From an uncultured Chthonomonadaceae bacterium (GTDB lineage Bacteria > Armatimonadota > Chthonomonadetes > Chthonomonadales > CAJBBX01): a stretch of 64,000 bases of DNA. The position numbers were made by a program, and so were the translations under genes. The stretch lies in assembly GCA_964519955.1 (NCBI GenBank), contig CAZFLM010000013.1, positions 33,238 to 97,237 on the forward strand, given 5' to 3'. Positions 1 through 7,445 of the stretch are shown here, piece by piece (positions within the stretch are counted from its first letter, which is position 1; each line of letters opens with the position of its first letter). The notes under the pieces were generated by a model, which made no database searches, was not told the DNA's origin, and was given only the letters and a program-made list of their open reading frames with translations.

Positions 1-206
1 CGGCGTCGGACATCCCACTGAGCAACGACACCACCGTCTCTCGGAAGCACGCCTCGCTGCAGCCGGGCGACGGCGGCTGGTCGGTCACCGACCTGGGTTC
101 GTCCAACGGTGTGTTCGTGAACGGCGTCAAGATCCAGGGCTCGCAGCCGCTGCGCCCCGGCGACGAGGTGCAGATCGGCAACACTCGATTCCGGTTCGAG
201 GTATAG
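1..206 (+). CDS. FHA domain protein, C-terminal fragment (gene starts upstream of window)
   Basis: Frame ending at TAG 204-206 reads ...VSRKHASLQPGDGGWSVTDLGSSNGVFVNGVKIQGSQPLRPGDEVQIGNTRFRFEV, the C-terminal half of an FHA fold. The frame is open to the window edge. Confidence 0.8.
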   Translation, partial: ASDIPLSNDTTVSRKHASLQPGDGGWSVTDLGSSNGVFVNGVKIQGSQPLRPGDEVQIGNTRFRFEV

Positions 207-209
207 GCC

Positions 210-1703
210 GTGAGATCGCGCATACTGCTAGGCCTGCTGTTCGGCGCCGCCGGTGGCTTCCTGGGGTACCTGCTTCAGGAGGTGTCGGTCCCGCACGACC
301 CCGTGCTGGACCAGACGCGCTCGCAGATGATGACCATCGGCCTGATGGTGGGCGGGCTCATCGGCATGGCGATCGGTGCGGTCGAGGGCGTTGCGGTCGG
401 GTCGCCACGCAAGCTGGCACAGGGCATGGTGCTCGGCGGCATCATCGGCGCCATCGGCGGCCTGTTCGGCATCTACCTCGGCTCGGCCGTGTATGCCATC
501 GCCCTCTTCGGCAAGGACCCGCGGTACATGGAGCAGAGCGGCAACATGCTCGACTTCGTGCACCGCGTCCTCGCCCGGGCGCTGGGCTGGACCTTCCTCG
601 GCGCTCTGCCTGGAGTGGCCGCCGGGGCCGCGACTCTCTCGCCCAAGCGCGCCACGCACGGGCTCATCGGCGGGCTCATCGGCGGGTTCCTGGGAGGCCT
701 GGTGTTCGACCTGGTGGCCAACCTGATCGCTAAGCCGGTAGCCGGGGTCTCGTCTGGGATGATCAATGGGCCGCGCGTCGTTGAAATCGGCGGCCCGGGC
801 CGCGCCATCGGCTTCACGATGATCGGAGCGCTGACGGGGCTGTTCATCGGCCTCGTCGAGGAGCTGCTGAAGCAGGGCTGGGTGCGCGTACTCGCCGGGC
901 GCAACGAGGGCAAGGACTACATCCTCTCCAAGGCGCTTACCGTCATCGGGCGCGACGAGCGGGCCGACGTGCCCGTCTACGGCGACCCGATGCTGCAGCC
1001 CCAGCACGCGGCAATCCGCGTCGAGGGCGGGCGCCACGTGCTGCTGGACGGCGGAGCGCCGCCGACGGCCGTGGTGAACGGACAGCTCACGCAGAACGGC
1101 CGTCACCTCCTGCGCGACGGCGACATGATCCAGCTCGGCCAGGTACGCCTGCTCTTCCGCGAGAAGGCCACCGCGAGCAAGATCGGGCGCCCCGCCACCG
1201 ACGTGGCGCCCGCTCCTGCCGGCGGCCTCTCCGCGATGCCATCGCACCTGTGCCCCTATTGCGGCGCGCAGAAGGATGCCCAGGGCAACTGCCTCTGCAG
1301 CGTGCCGGGAGCAGGAGCGGCCGGACCTGCCGCCGGACAGTGGACCCCGCCGGCGCCCGGCGCACCCATCAGCGTGATGCTGCCGGGCAGCACCTACGGA
1401 GCGCCAGCCGCCGCCATGGGCACCCAGTTGGTCGCGCTGGACGGGCCGTACGCCGGGCAGGTGTTCCTGCTCAAGCCGCAAGGCACCACCATCGGCCGCG
1501 ACCCGGCCCGCGATATCGCGCTGGCCGCCGACACCACGATCTCCCGCCGCCATGCCAGAATTGCCGAGGAAGGCGGACGCCACGTGGTGTACGATGAAGG
1601 GTCATCGAACGGAACCTTCGTGAACGGCGTCCGGCTCACGATGCAGCCGCTTGCCGTCGGAGATGTGGTACAGCTCGGGTCGAGTTCCTTCCGATATGAG
1701 TAG
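210..1703 (+). CDS. Membrane protein with Gly-zipper-like TM segments, two FHA domains and a Cys-cluster linker
   Basis: 497-aa ORF with a GTG start 4 nt after the preceding stop. The N-terminal ~230 aa hold repeated GxxxG-rich hydrophobic segments (GLLFGAAGGFLGYLL, GLMVGGLIGMAIGAVEG, GGIIGAIGGLFGIYLG, GLIGGLIGGFLGGLVF). These are followed by FHA 1 (VIGRDERADVPV..HAAIRVEGGRHVLLD), CPYCGAQKDAQGNCLC, and FHA 2 (TIGRD..SRRHARI..GSSNGTFVNG). Confidence 0.8.
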   Translation: MRSRILLGLLFGAAGGFLGYLLQEVSVPHDPVLDQTRSQMMTIGLMVGGLIGMAIGAVEGVAVGSPRKLAQGMVLGGIIGAIGGLFGIYLGSAVYAIALFGKDPRYMEQSGNMLDFVHRVLARALGWTFLGALPGVAAGAATLSPKRATHGLIGGLIGGFLGGLVFDLVANLIAKPVAGVSSGMINGPRVVEIGGPGRAIGFTMIGALTGLFIGLVEELLKQGWVRVLAGRNEGKDYILSKALTVIGRDERADVPVYGDPMLQPQHAAIRVEGGRHVLLDGGAPPTAVVNGQLTQNGRHLLRDGDMIQLGQVRLLFREKATASKIGRPATDVAPAPAGGLSAMPSHLCPYCGAQKDAQGNCLCSVPGAGAAGPAAGQWTPPAPGAPISVMLPGSTYGAPAAAMGTQLVALDGPYAGQVFLLKPQGTTIGRDPARDIALAADTTISRRHARIAEEGGRHVVYDEGSSNGTFVNGVRLTMQPLAVGDVVQLGSSSFRYE

Positions 1704-1887
1704 GGACGCTGCCCGTTGCGTCCCCTGACGCTGCTTGCTGCGTCCCAGTCCTCCGATAGACAGGGCCCGCCTCGCCGCCGGCCGCGTACCTATAGCACTG
1801 GTCCATCCATTCATAACCGAGGGCCGCGCACGCCACCAGACCGCACATCATCCGGCGGCGGCCCTCGATCTGCCAAGGAGCCTTTCT

Positions 1888-2268
1888 GTGCTGAGCGAGA
1901 GAACCCAACCTAACTACTCCCTGGGCGAGCCCGATCCCGCCGTGACGGCCCTCGCACGCAAAGCCGTGCCGCCGGACCAACTCGGGACCAGGCTCACGGG
2001 GATCGCGGGCCTCTACTGCGGCCACGTGTTCCCGCTGCCGGGAGAGGTGAACATGATCGGGCGAGACACGGTCTGCTCGGTCTCCCTCCACAACGACAAG
2101 ACTGCGTCCCGCATCCATGCCCGCATCGTGCTCGAGGATGCCGGCCACGTGCTCTACGATCAGGGATCGGCCAACGGGACGTTCGTCAACGGCGCCCTGG
2201 TGCGGACATGCTTGCTCGCGCCGGGCGACACGCTGCAGTGCGGCAGCACCCGCCTTCGCTACGAGTAG
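1888..2268 (+). CDS. Small single-FHA-domain protein
   Basis: This is the 3' part of ORF 1735..2268. AAGGAG at 1875-1880 lies 7 nt before the in-frame GTG at 1888. The translation MIGRDTVCSVSL..SRIHARIVLEDAGHVLYDQGSANGTFVNG matches FHA. The start is uncertain and could be as far upstream as 1735. Confidence 0.7.
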   Translation: MLSERTQPNYSLGEPDPAVTALARKAVPPDQLGTRLTGIAGLYCGHVFPLPGEVNMIGRDTVCSVSLHNDKTASRIHARIVLEDAGHVLYDQGSANGTFVNGALVRTCLLAPGDTLQCGSTRLRYE

Positions 2269-2295
2269 GACCACAATCCGGTAGGAGACAGGCAT

Positions 2296-3678
2296 ATGGA
2301 GGATCGGACCCAGCAGATCGGCCAACAGCCCATGCCGCCCGCGGGCGCCGGGGCCACACAGCAGATGAACCGGACGGTGATCGGCGGCCCGAACCTCGGA
2401 CAGACCGCGATGGGCGCGCCCGACCTGGCCCGCACGACCATGGGCGCTCCCATGCGCGCGCTCAGCCTGGAGGCGCTGCCGGGCAGCCGGCTCGCCTTCG
2501 CGCCGGAGCGCGGCCGCGAGCACCTCCTGCTCCAGGTCAAGGCGGACACCTCCGCCATCGGCCGGCGCATGCCGCTCAACGTCTGCCTCGTCATCGACCG
2601 CTCCGGGTCGATGGAGGGCGAGCCACTGGAGTACGTGAAGCGGGCCTGCGCCTACGTCGTCGACCTCCTCGAAGCCACCGACGTCCTCTCCATCGTCACG
2701 TTCGAGGAGCAGGTCGACGTCCTGATGCCCGCCCGCCGCGTGGTGAACAAGGCGCTCATCAAGGAGCATATCAACCGCATCCAGGCCGGCAACACGACGA
2801 ACCTCTACGACGGCATGCTCTCAGGCTGCATGCAGGTGGCCTCGCTGAACGCGCCCGGCTATCTGAACCGCGTGCTGCTGCTGACCGACGGCGAGCCGAC
2901 TTCAGGCATCAAGGACTTCGCGTCCATCGTCGGGCAGGTGCAGGAGCAGCGCAACCGGGGCGTTTCCATCACGGCGCTCGGGTTCGGCGCGGAGTACAAC
3001 GAGGAGCTGATGGCCGGCATCGCCCGGCGCGGCGGCGGCAACTACTACTACATCGCCCAGCCGATGCTCATCCCGGAGGTCTTCCGCAAGGAACTCGAGA
3101 CGCTGATGACCATCACGGCCAAGAACGTGCGCGTGCGCATCAACCTGCCGCGCGGCGTGCAGTGCCGCTACGTCTACGGCGTGCCGCAGCCCAAGATCGC
3201 CGCACGCACGGTCGAGTTCGAGCTGGCCGACATCGAGCGCGGCAAGGTCGTCAGCAACCTGAGCGAGCTGGAGTTCGACCGCCACGTGCCCGGCACCTAC
3301 CGGGTCGCCAAGGTGGACGTGACGTACGACGACGCCGTATCCGGCCGCACCGAGGTGCTGACCGCCGATGCCGTCATCGAGTTCGCCACCGATCGCGCGG
3401 CGGTCGAGGCCTCGAAGAACCCGACGGTGCAGAGCGAGCTGGAAGTTCACCTGGCATCGCGCAACCTCGAGAAGACGATGATGGGCATGCGCACCCAGCA
3501 ACTCACCGCGATGGGCGCCATGCAGGAGCTTCAGCGCACCCGCACCGTGCTGCAGCAGGCCGGCCGCGCGGAACAGGCCCGCGAGGTCACCCTGGCCATG
3601 GAGCAGCTCCAGCAAGGCGGCCAGGTCGAGAAGACCCTCATCGGCACGATCTACAACCTGGACAAGGGCAAGAAGTAG
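2296..3678 (+). CDS. von Willebrand factor type A (vWA) domain protein with intact MIDAS
   Basis: 460-aa ORF with AGGAGA upstream of the ATG. MIDAS-like residues are present: VIDRSGSM, GNTTNLYDG, LLLTDGEPTSG. The N-terminus is low-complexity and Thr/Gln-rich. The C-terminal tail is helical and Gln-rich. Confidence 0.85.
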   Translation: MEDRTQQIGQQPMPPAGAGATQQMNRTVIGGPNLGQTAMGAPDLARTTMGAPMRALSLEALPGSRLAFAPERGREHLLLQVKADTSAIGRRMPLNVCLVIDRSGSMEGEPLEYVKRACAYVVDLLEATDVLSIVTFEEQVDVLMPARRVVNKALIKEHINRIQAGNTTNLYDGMLSGCMQVASLNAPGYLNRVLLLTDGEPTSGIKDFASIVGQVQEQRNRGVSITALGFGAEYNEELMAGIARRGGGNYYYIAQPMLIPEVFRKELETLMTITAKNVRVRINLPRGVQCRYVYGVPQPKIAARTVEFELADIERGKVVSNLSELEFDRHVPGTYRVAKVDVTYDDAVSGRTEVLTADAVIEFATDRAAVEASKNPTVQSELEVHLASRNLEKTMMGMRTQQLTAMGAMQELQRTRTVLQQAGRAEQAREVTLAMEQLQQGGQVEKTLIGTIYNLDKGKK

Positions 3679-3776
3679 CCCGGTGTAGGCCGGTCTGGGA
3701 CCCGGTCAGACGAGGCCATGTCCCGACCTCGGATACCTGCTCACTCGAACGCGCCGGCTCTGGGAGGATTGGGCAG

Positions 3777-4640
3777 ATGTGCACGCAGGTTCGCTTGGCG
3801 GCTCTCGTCGTATCCGTGTGCATGGCTATGGGCGTGGCGCACGCGGCGGCGCCGCCCCCCGACGGGTCCTTCGCCTACAGCAAGTTCGCCAAGACGACGG
3901 GGCTCAAGATCGTGGGTAACGTTGTGGTCGTTCGCGACGTGCTCCGACTGACTCCTGACGTAGAGTGGCGGTCCGGCGCGGTCTGGTATGCGACCAGGGT
4001 GCCGGTCGCCGCGGGGTTCCGAACCACCTTCACGTTCCGGATCACGGCGGCGGACGACTCGTCTGCGGACGGTCTGGCGTTCGTCGTCCAGAACTCGGCG
4101 AGCGATGCCCTCGGCGGACAGGGAGGCAACATCGGGTACGGACAGTGCATCGAGTTGCCCAATCCGGGCGGTATCCCGAACAGCCTGGCGATCGAGTTCG
4201 ATACGTACCCGAACTCGTCCGTCAACGGCCTGTTCACGGTCGACGACCCGAACGACAACCACATCAGCGTCCACACGCGCGGGGCCGAAGCCAACGGCAG
4301 CGACGAGTTCTACTCGCTCGGGTCGGCGCCGTCGGTCGCGGACCTGAAGGATGGCAACGTGCATACGGCGACGATCACGTACACGCCGGGCACGTTGACG
4401 GTCCTGCTGGACGGCGCCAAGCTCGTCGTGCCATACCGATTCGCGGCGGGCGGCAAGTACGCGAACGGCTCGGACGCGCCGGGGCTCGTGCTCGAGGGAG
4501 GGACCGCGTGGGTCGGCATCACTTCGAGCACCGGGATCAGCCACTCGAACCATGACATCCTGAGCTGGTCGTTCGGCCCGGCTCAGGCGCCAGTCGCGCC
4601 GGGCGGTCCCAGACGACCGTCTGGCCGCAATGCCAACTAG
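3777..4640 (+). CDS. Secreted L-type (legume-like) lectin domain protein
   Basis: Only the last 287 codons of the 810-aa ORF 2208..4640 look genuine. GGGAGG precedes the ATG at 3777. A signal peptide is present (LAALVVSVCMAMGVAHAAA). The body reads RLTPDVEWRSGAVWY..FRTTFTFRI..ADGLAFVVQN..GGNIGYG..NSLAIEFDTYPN..DPNDNHISVH..WVGITSSTG, matching the L-type lectin pattern. Confidence 0.7.
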   Translation: MCTQVRLAALVVSVCMAMGVAHAAAPPPDGSFAYSKFAKTTGLKIVGNVVVVRDVLRLTPDVEWRSGAVWYATRVPVAAGFRTTFTFRITAADDSSADGLAFVVQNSASDALGGQGGNIGYGQCIELPNPGGIPNSLAIEFDTYPNSSVNGLFTVDDPNDNHISVHTRGAEANGSDEFYSLGSAPSVADLKDGNVHTATITYTPGTLTVLLDGAKLVVPYRFAAGGKYANGSDAPGLVLEGGTAWVGITSSTGISHSNHDILSWSFGPAQAPVAPGGPRRPSGRNAN

Positions 4641-4646
4641 TGGTGC

Positions 4647-4737
4647 CCAGCTCTCTAGCCTGGATGATGCACAAGTGCCGTGGTGGGATGGGCCTCCGTG
4701 CCCGTCCAGTGCCACTCATGAATGGCCAGCTCTCTAG
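4647..4737. repeat. Palindromic REP/MITE-like element, copy 1, flanked by 12-bp direct repeat CCAGCTCTCTAG
   Basis: CCAGCTCTCTAG occurs at 4647-4658 and again at 4726-4737, bracketing 67 bp that contain the core GGGATGGGCCTCCGTGCCCGTCC. The same core and flanks recur at 46505-46585 and 53968-54048, and the core alone recurs at 42025-42056. Confidence 0.65.
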
Positions 4738-4847
4738 CGGCGTGAGGGGCTCCAGGGACACGCGTCGTCCGAGGGCGCCTCGTCAACAGGTTGAACCTAT
4801 CGCAGATGATCCACCGGCAGGGCGCTCACTGCCTCGGGGGAGGATGA

Positions 4848-5840
4848 ATGACCACGGAATCGACACAGGCGCTGCCCACTGGCGGACAGATGATCCCGGC
4901 GCCGCAGCCCGCCGCGCGGCCGGATGCCACCCAGATGGGGACATCCGTACCGTGCCCCGTCTGCCGGACCGCGAACACGGGCCTGGAAACCTACTGCATG
5001 GAGTGCGGCTTCCTGCTGGCGTCCACGCCGGGCGAAGCTGCTGCGTCGCAGGAGACGCCCTCGCCCGAGCTGATCGAGACCGGCTCCGGCAGGCGGTTCG
5101 CGCTGAAGCCAGGCGCCAACATGGTGGGACGCGAGAACTGCGACGTGCTGCTGATGGACCCGACTGTCTCGCGGCGACATGCCCGCATCGACGTGGGGCC
5201 CGGCGGCGTCTCGGTGACGGACCTCGGCAGCTCCAACGGGACGCAGGTGGACGCGAAGCGCCTGGAGGCCCAGCAGCCCGCCGCAGCCGTCGAGAACGCG
5301 GCGCTGAAGTTCGGCAACACGTCGTTCACGATCGTCGGCATCACGGTGACAGCGAAGGGGTTCCTGCCCAGCGCGGCTCCCGCGCCGCCCGCAGGCGAGC
5401 CGGAGAAGCCGAAGGCCGCTCTGCCTGCAGCGCCGTCGGCCCAGCCCGGCGCCGCGGCGCCGCCTCCGCCCCCGCCGACCGCCGACGCTGCGGTGGCCTG
5501 CCTGAAGCCCACGGGCCCCGGCGGCCAGGAGATCCGCATTCCGTCCGGCCAGATCACGGTTGGCAGGCGCGCGGGCAACAGTGTGGTGCTCACGGGCGAC
5601 CCGTACGTATCCGGCCAGCACGCCGAGATCCTCGCCGATGCCACCGGCTGCTACCTGACCGACGTGGGAAGCACGAACGGCAGCGTGGTGAATGGTGAGC
5701 GGCTGGAGCCGGGCCGCAAGCAGCTCCTGCTCGACGGCGACGAGGTGAAACTCGGGCAGACGTCGTTCGTATTCGAGACACTCGAAGGGCCGCCGACCGA
5801 ATCGGCGGGTGGACCCATCCGGATGGGCGGTGGCCAATGA
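4848..5840 (+). CDS. Zinc-ribbon plus dual-FHA protein
   Basis: 330-aa ORF with GGGGGAGG upstream. It has CPVCRTANTGLETYCMECG (a Cys4 ribbon), FHA 1 (MVGRENCDVLL..SRRHARI..GSSNGTQVD), a Pro/Ala-rich linker, and FHA 2 (ITVGRRAGNSVVL..SGQHAEI..GSTNGSVVNG). Confidence 0.8.
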   Translation: MTTESTQALPTGGQMIPAPQPAARPDATQMGTSVPCPVCRTANTGLETYCMECGFLLASTPGEAAASQETPSPELIETGSGRRFALKPGANMVGRENCDVLLMDPTVSRRHARIDVGPGGVSVTDLGSSNGTQVDAKRLEAQQPAAAVENAALKFGNTSFTIVGITVTAKGFLPSAAPAPPAGEPEKPKAALPAAPSAQPGAAAPPPPPPTADAAVACLKPTGPGGQEIRIPSGQITVGRRAGNSVVLTGDPYVSGQHAEILADATGCYLTDVGSTNGSVVNGERLEPGRKQLLLDGDEVKLGQTSFVFETLEGPPTESAGGPIRMGGGQ

Positions 5841-6733
5841 GCGACGAAGCGCTGGTCGAGGCTGTCGAGGTGTCCGAGCCGCCCGCGGAGGACGAGCGGG
5901 AGATCACCGCCAAGTTCTCGCGCGACGACCTGGTGCGCGGCTGGCGGGAGCGGCAGGAGCGCAAGCCGCGCGTCGTGCCCATCGTCAAGTTCGCCGCGAA
6001 GACGGACCTCGGGCGCGTCCGCGAGAACAACGAGGACAAGTTCGACTACTACGAGCCGGAGGATCCGACGCTGCTGGCCGCTCGCGGGTGCCTCTACGCG
6101 GTGGCGGACGGCATGGGCGGGCACGCGGCTGGGCAGATCGCCAGCGAGTTGGCGCTGAAGACCGCCATCTCTGCGTATTACGATGGTGCGAACGAGAGCA
6201 TCGCCCACGCGCTGCTCGAAGCCATCCAGTGCGCCAACGACACGGTGTTCGCGGTTGCCCACATGGTGCCGGACCGCAGCGGCATGGGCACGACGCTCAC
6301 GGTGGCCGTGCTGGCGGAGGACCGCGTCTATGTCGGCCAGGTGGGCGACAGCCGGGCGTATCTCATCCGCGGCGACGAGGTCCGCCAGGTGACCCAGGAC
6401 CACTCGTGGGTAGCCGAGCAGGTGCGCATGGGCGGCCTCACCGAGGAGGACGCCGAGGTCCACCCGTGGCGCAACGTCATCACGCGGTCCATCGGCAACC
6501 AGGACACGGTGGAAGCCGACGTCTTCGTCGAGGAAGCGCAGACGGGCGACATCTGGGTATTGTGTTCAGACGGGCTTACCGGCCACGTGAAGGCCGACGA
6601 GATCCGCGCAATCGCATCCGTGCACGCACCGTCGGAGGCATGCCGGCAGCTCATCGAGTTGGCCGGAGCCCGCGGCGGGCGTGACAACATTACTGTGGCG
6701 GTGATCGCCATTCGGGGGTTTGACGGTGACTGA
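5837..6733 (+). CDS. PP2C-family Ser/Thr protein phosphatase
   Basis: 298-aa ORF. Its ATG overlaps the preceding stop (ATGA at 5837-5840). Motifs present: RENNEDKF, AVADGMGGHAAG, GMGTTL, VGDSRAYL, CSDGLT, GGRDNITV. Confidence 0.9.
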   Translation: MSDEALVEAVEVSEPPAEDEREITAKFSRDDLVRGWRERQERKPRVVPIVKFAAKTDLGRVRENNEDKFDYYEPEDPTLLAARGCLYAVADGMGGHAAGQIASELALKTAISAYYDGANESIAHALLEAIQCANDTVFAVAHMVPDRSGMGTTLTVAVLAEDRVYVGQVGDSRAYLIRGDEVRQVTQDHSWVAEQVRMGGLTEEDAEVHPWRNVITRSIGNQDTVEADVFVEEAQTGDIWVLCSDGLTGHVKADEIRAIASVHAPSEACRQLIELAGARGGRDNITVAVIAIRGFDGD

Positions 6734-7385
6734 CGAGGAACGGCAGCAGCGCGGACGGATCGTCTCGCGGTGGCTGCGGCATCATCCGGAGGAGGCCGGC
6801 CTGGAGCTGTCGCCCGCGGGTTGGGTTGACATCGCGCGGGTGGTGGCCGCCCTGGAGGAGCGAGAGCTGCCCACGAGCCGCGAGGATCTGGTCCGCCTCG
6901 CAAGGCTGGACGACAAGCCGCGCTTCGAGGTGGAGGACGACAAGATCCGCGCGCGTTACGGCCACTCGCTGCAACTGGGGCAGGAGCCGAACGCGGGAAT
7001 CCCGCCGCCGGCGCTTTACCACGGAACCTCGCGGCGACTTCTGCCGATGATACTAGCAAAAGGCCTCGGCCCGCGCGGCAAGACGTCCTACGTGCAGCTC
7101 TCGCCGAAGCCTGCCGCCGCGCGCGAGGCTGGGATGAAGCACGACAGCGAGCCCATCGTGCTGGAGATCGCCGCCCAGCGCGCCCACGAGGCGGGAGTGA
7201 AGTTCTACCCGCGCGGCAAGGGCGTCTGGCAGAGCGGCCCGGTGCCGCCGGAGTTCCTGGCCATCCGCGAGATGGTGAGCCCGGACCCAGAAGAGCGGGC
7301 TGCCAGATCGGGACCGGCCTCCGGCCAGCGGCGGCGCGTGCCACCCAAGGGTGGCTTCCTGAAGAAGACCGACCGAGACACATAG
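6720..7385 (+). CDS. kptA: RNA 2'-phosphotransferase, Tpt1/KptA family, with basic C-terminal extension
   Basis: 221-aa ORF with a TTG start that overlaps the PP2C gene by 14 nt. It aligns by eye with E. coli KptA: SRWLRHHPEE, GWVDI, KPRFEVEDDKIRARYGHS, LYHGTS, SYVQLS, PIVLEI, GVWQSGPVPPEFL. About 40 extra Arg/Pro/Lys-rich residues follow at the C-terminus. Confidence 0.85.
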   Translation: MTVTDEERQQRGRIVSRWLRHHPEEAGLELSPAGWVDIARVVAALEERELPTSREDLVRLARLDDKPRFEVEDDKIRARYGHSLQLGQEPNAGIPPPALYHGTSRRLLPMILAKGLGPRGKTSYVQLSPKPAAAREAGMKHDSEPIVLEIAAQRAHEAGVKFYPRGKGVWQSGPVPPEFLAIREMVSPDPEERAARSGPASGQRRRVPPKGGFLKKTDRDT

Positions 7386-7445
7386 GTGCGCCGCCCCATC
7401 GGTTGACCGATCGCCCGCGATAGGGCGCAAAGCCGTCGACAAGCG

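Noticed and set aside
228-1583. 451-aa ORF antisense to the Gly-zipper/FHA gene
   Set aside because: It is Arg/Ala/Gly/Pro/His-rich low-complexity sequence fully overlapping a gene with clear FHA domains. This is the typical GC-rich antisense artefact.
2208-4640. 810-aa ORF read as one gene
   Set aside because: The first ~520 codons are Arg/Pro/Gly-rich nonsense in an alternate frame of the vWA gene. Only the part from ATG 3777 (signal peptide plus lectin fold, own RBS) is credible.
4640-5698. 352-aa + strand ORF overlapping the Zn-ribbon/FHA gene in another frame
   Set aside because: It is Arg/Gly/Pro-rich with no motif. The frame starting at 4848 carries two clear FHA domains and an RBS.
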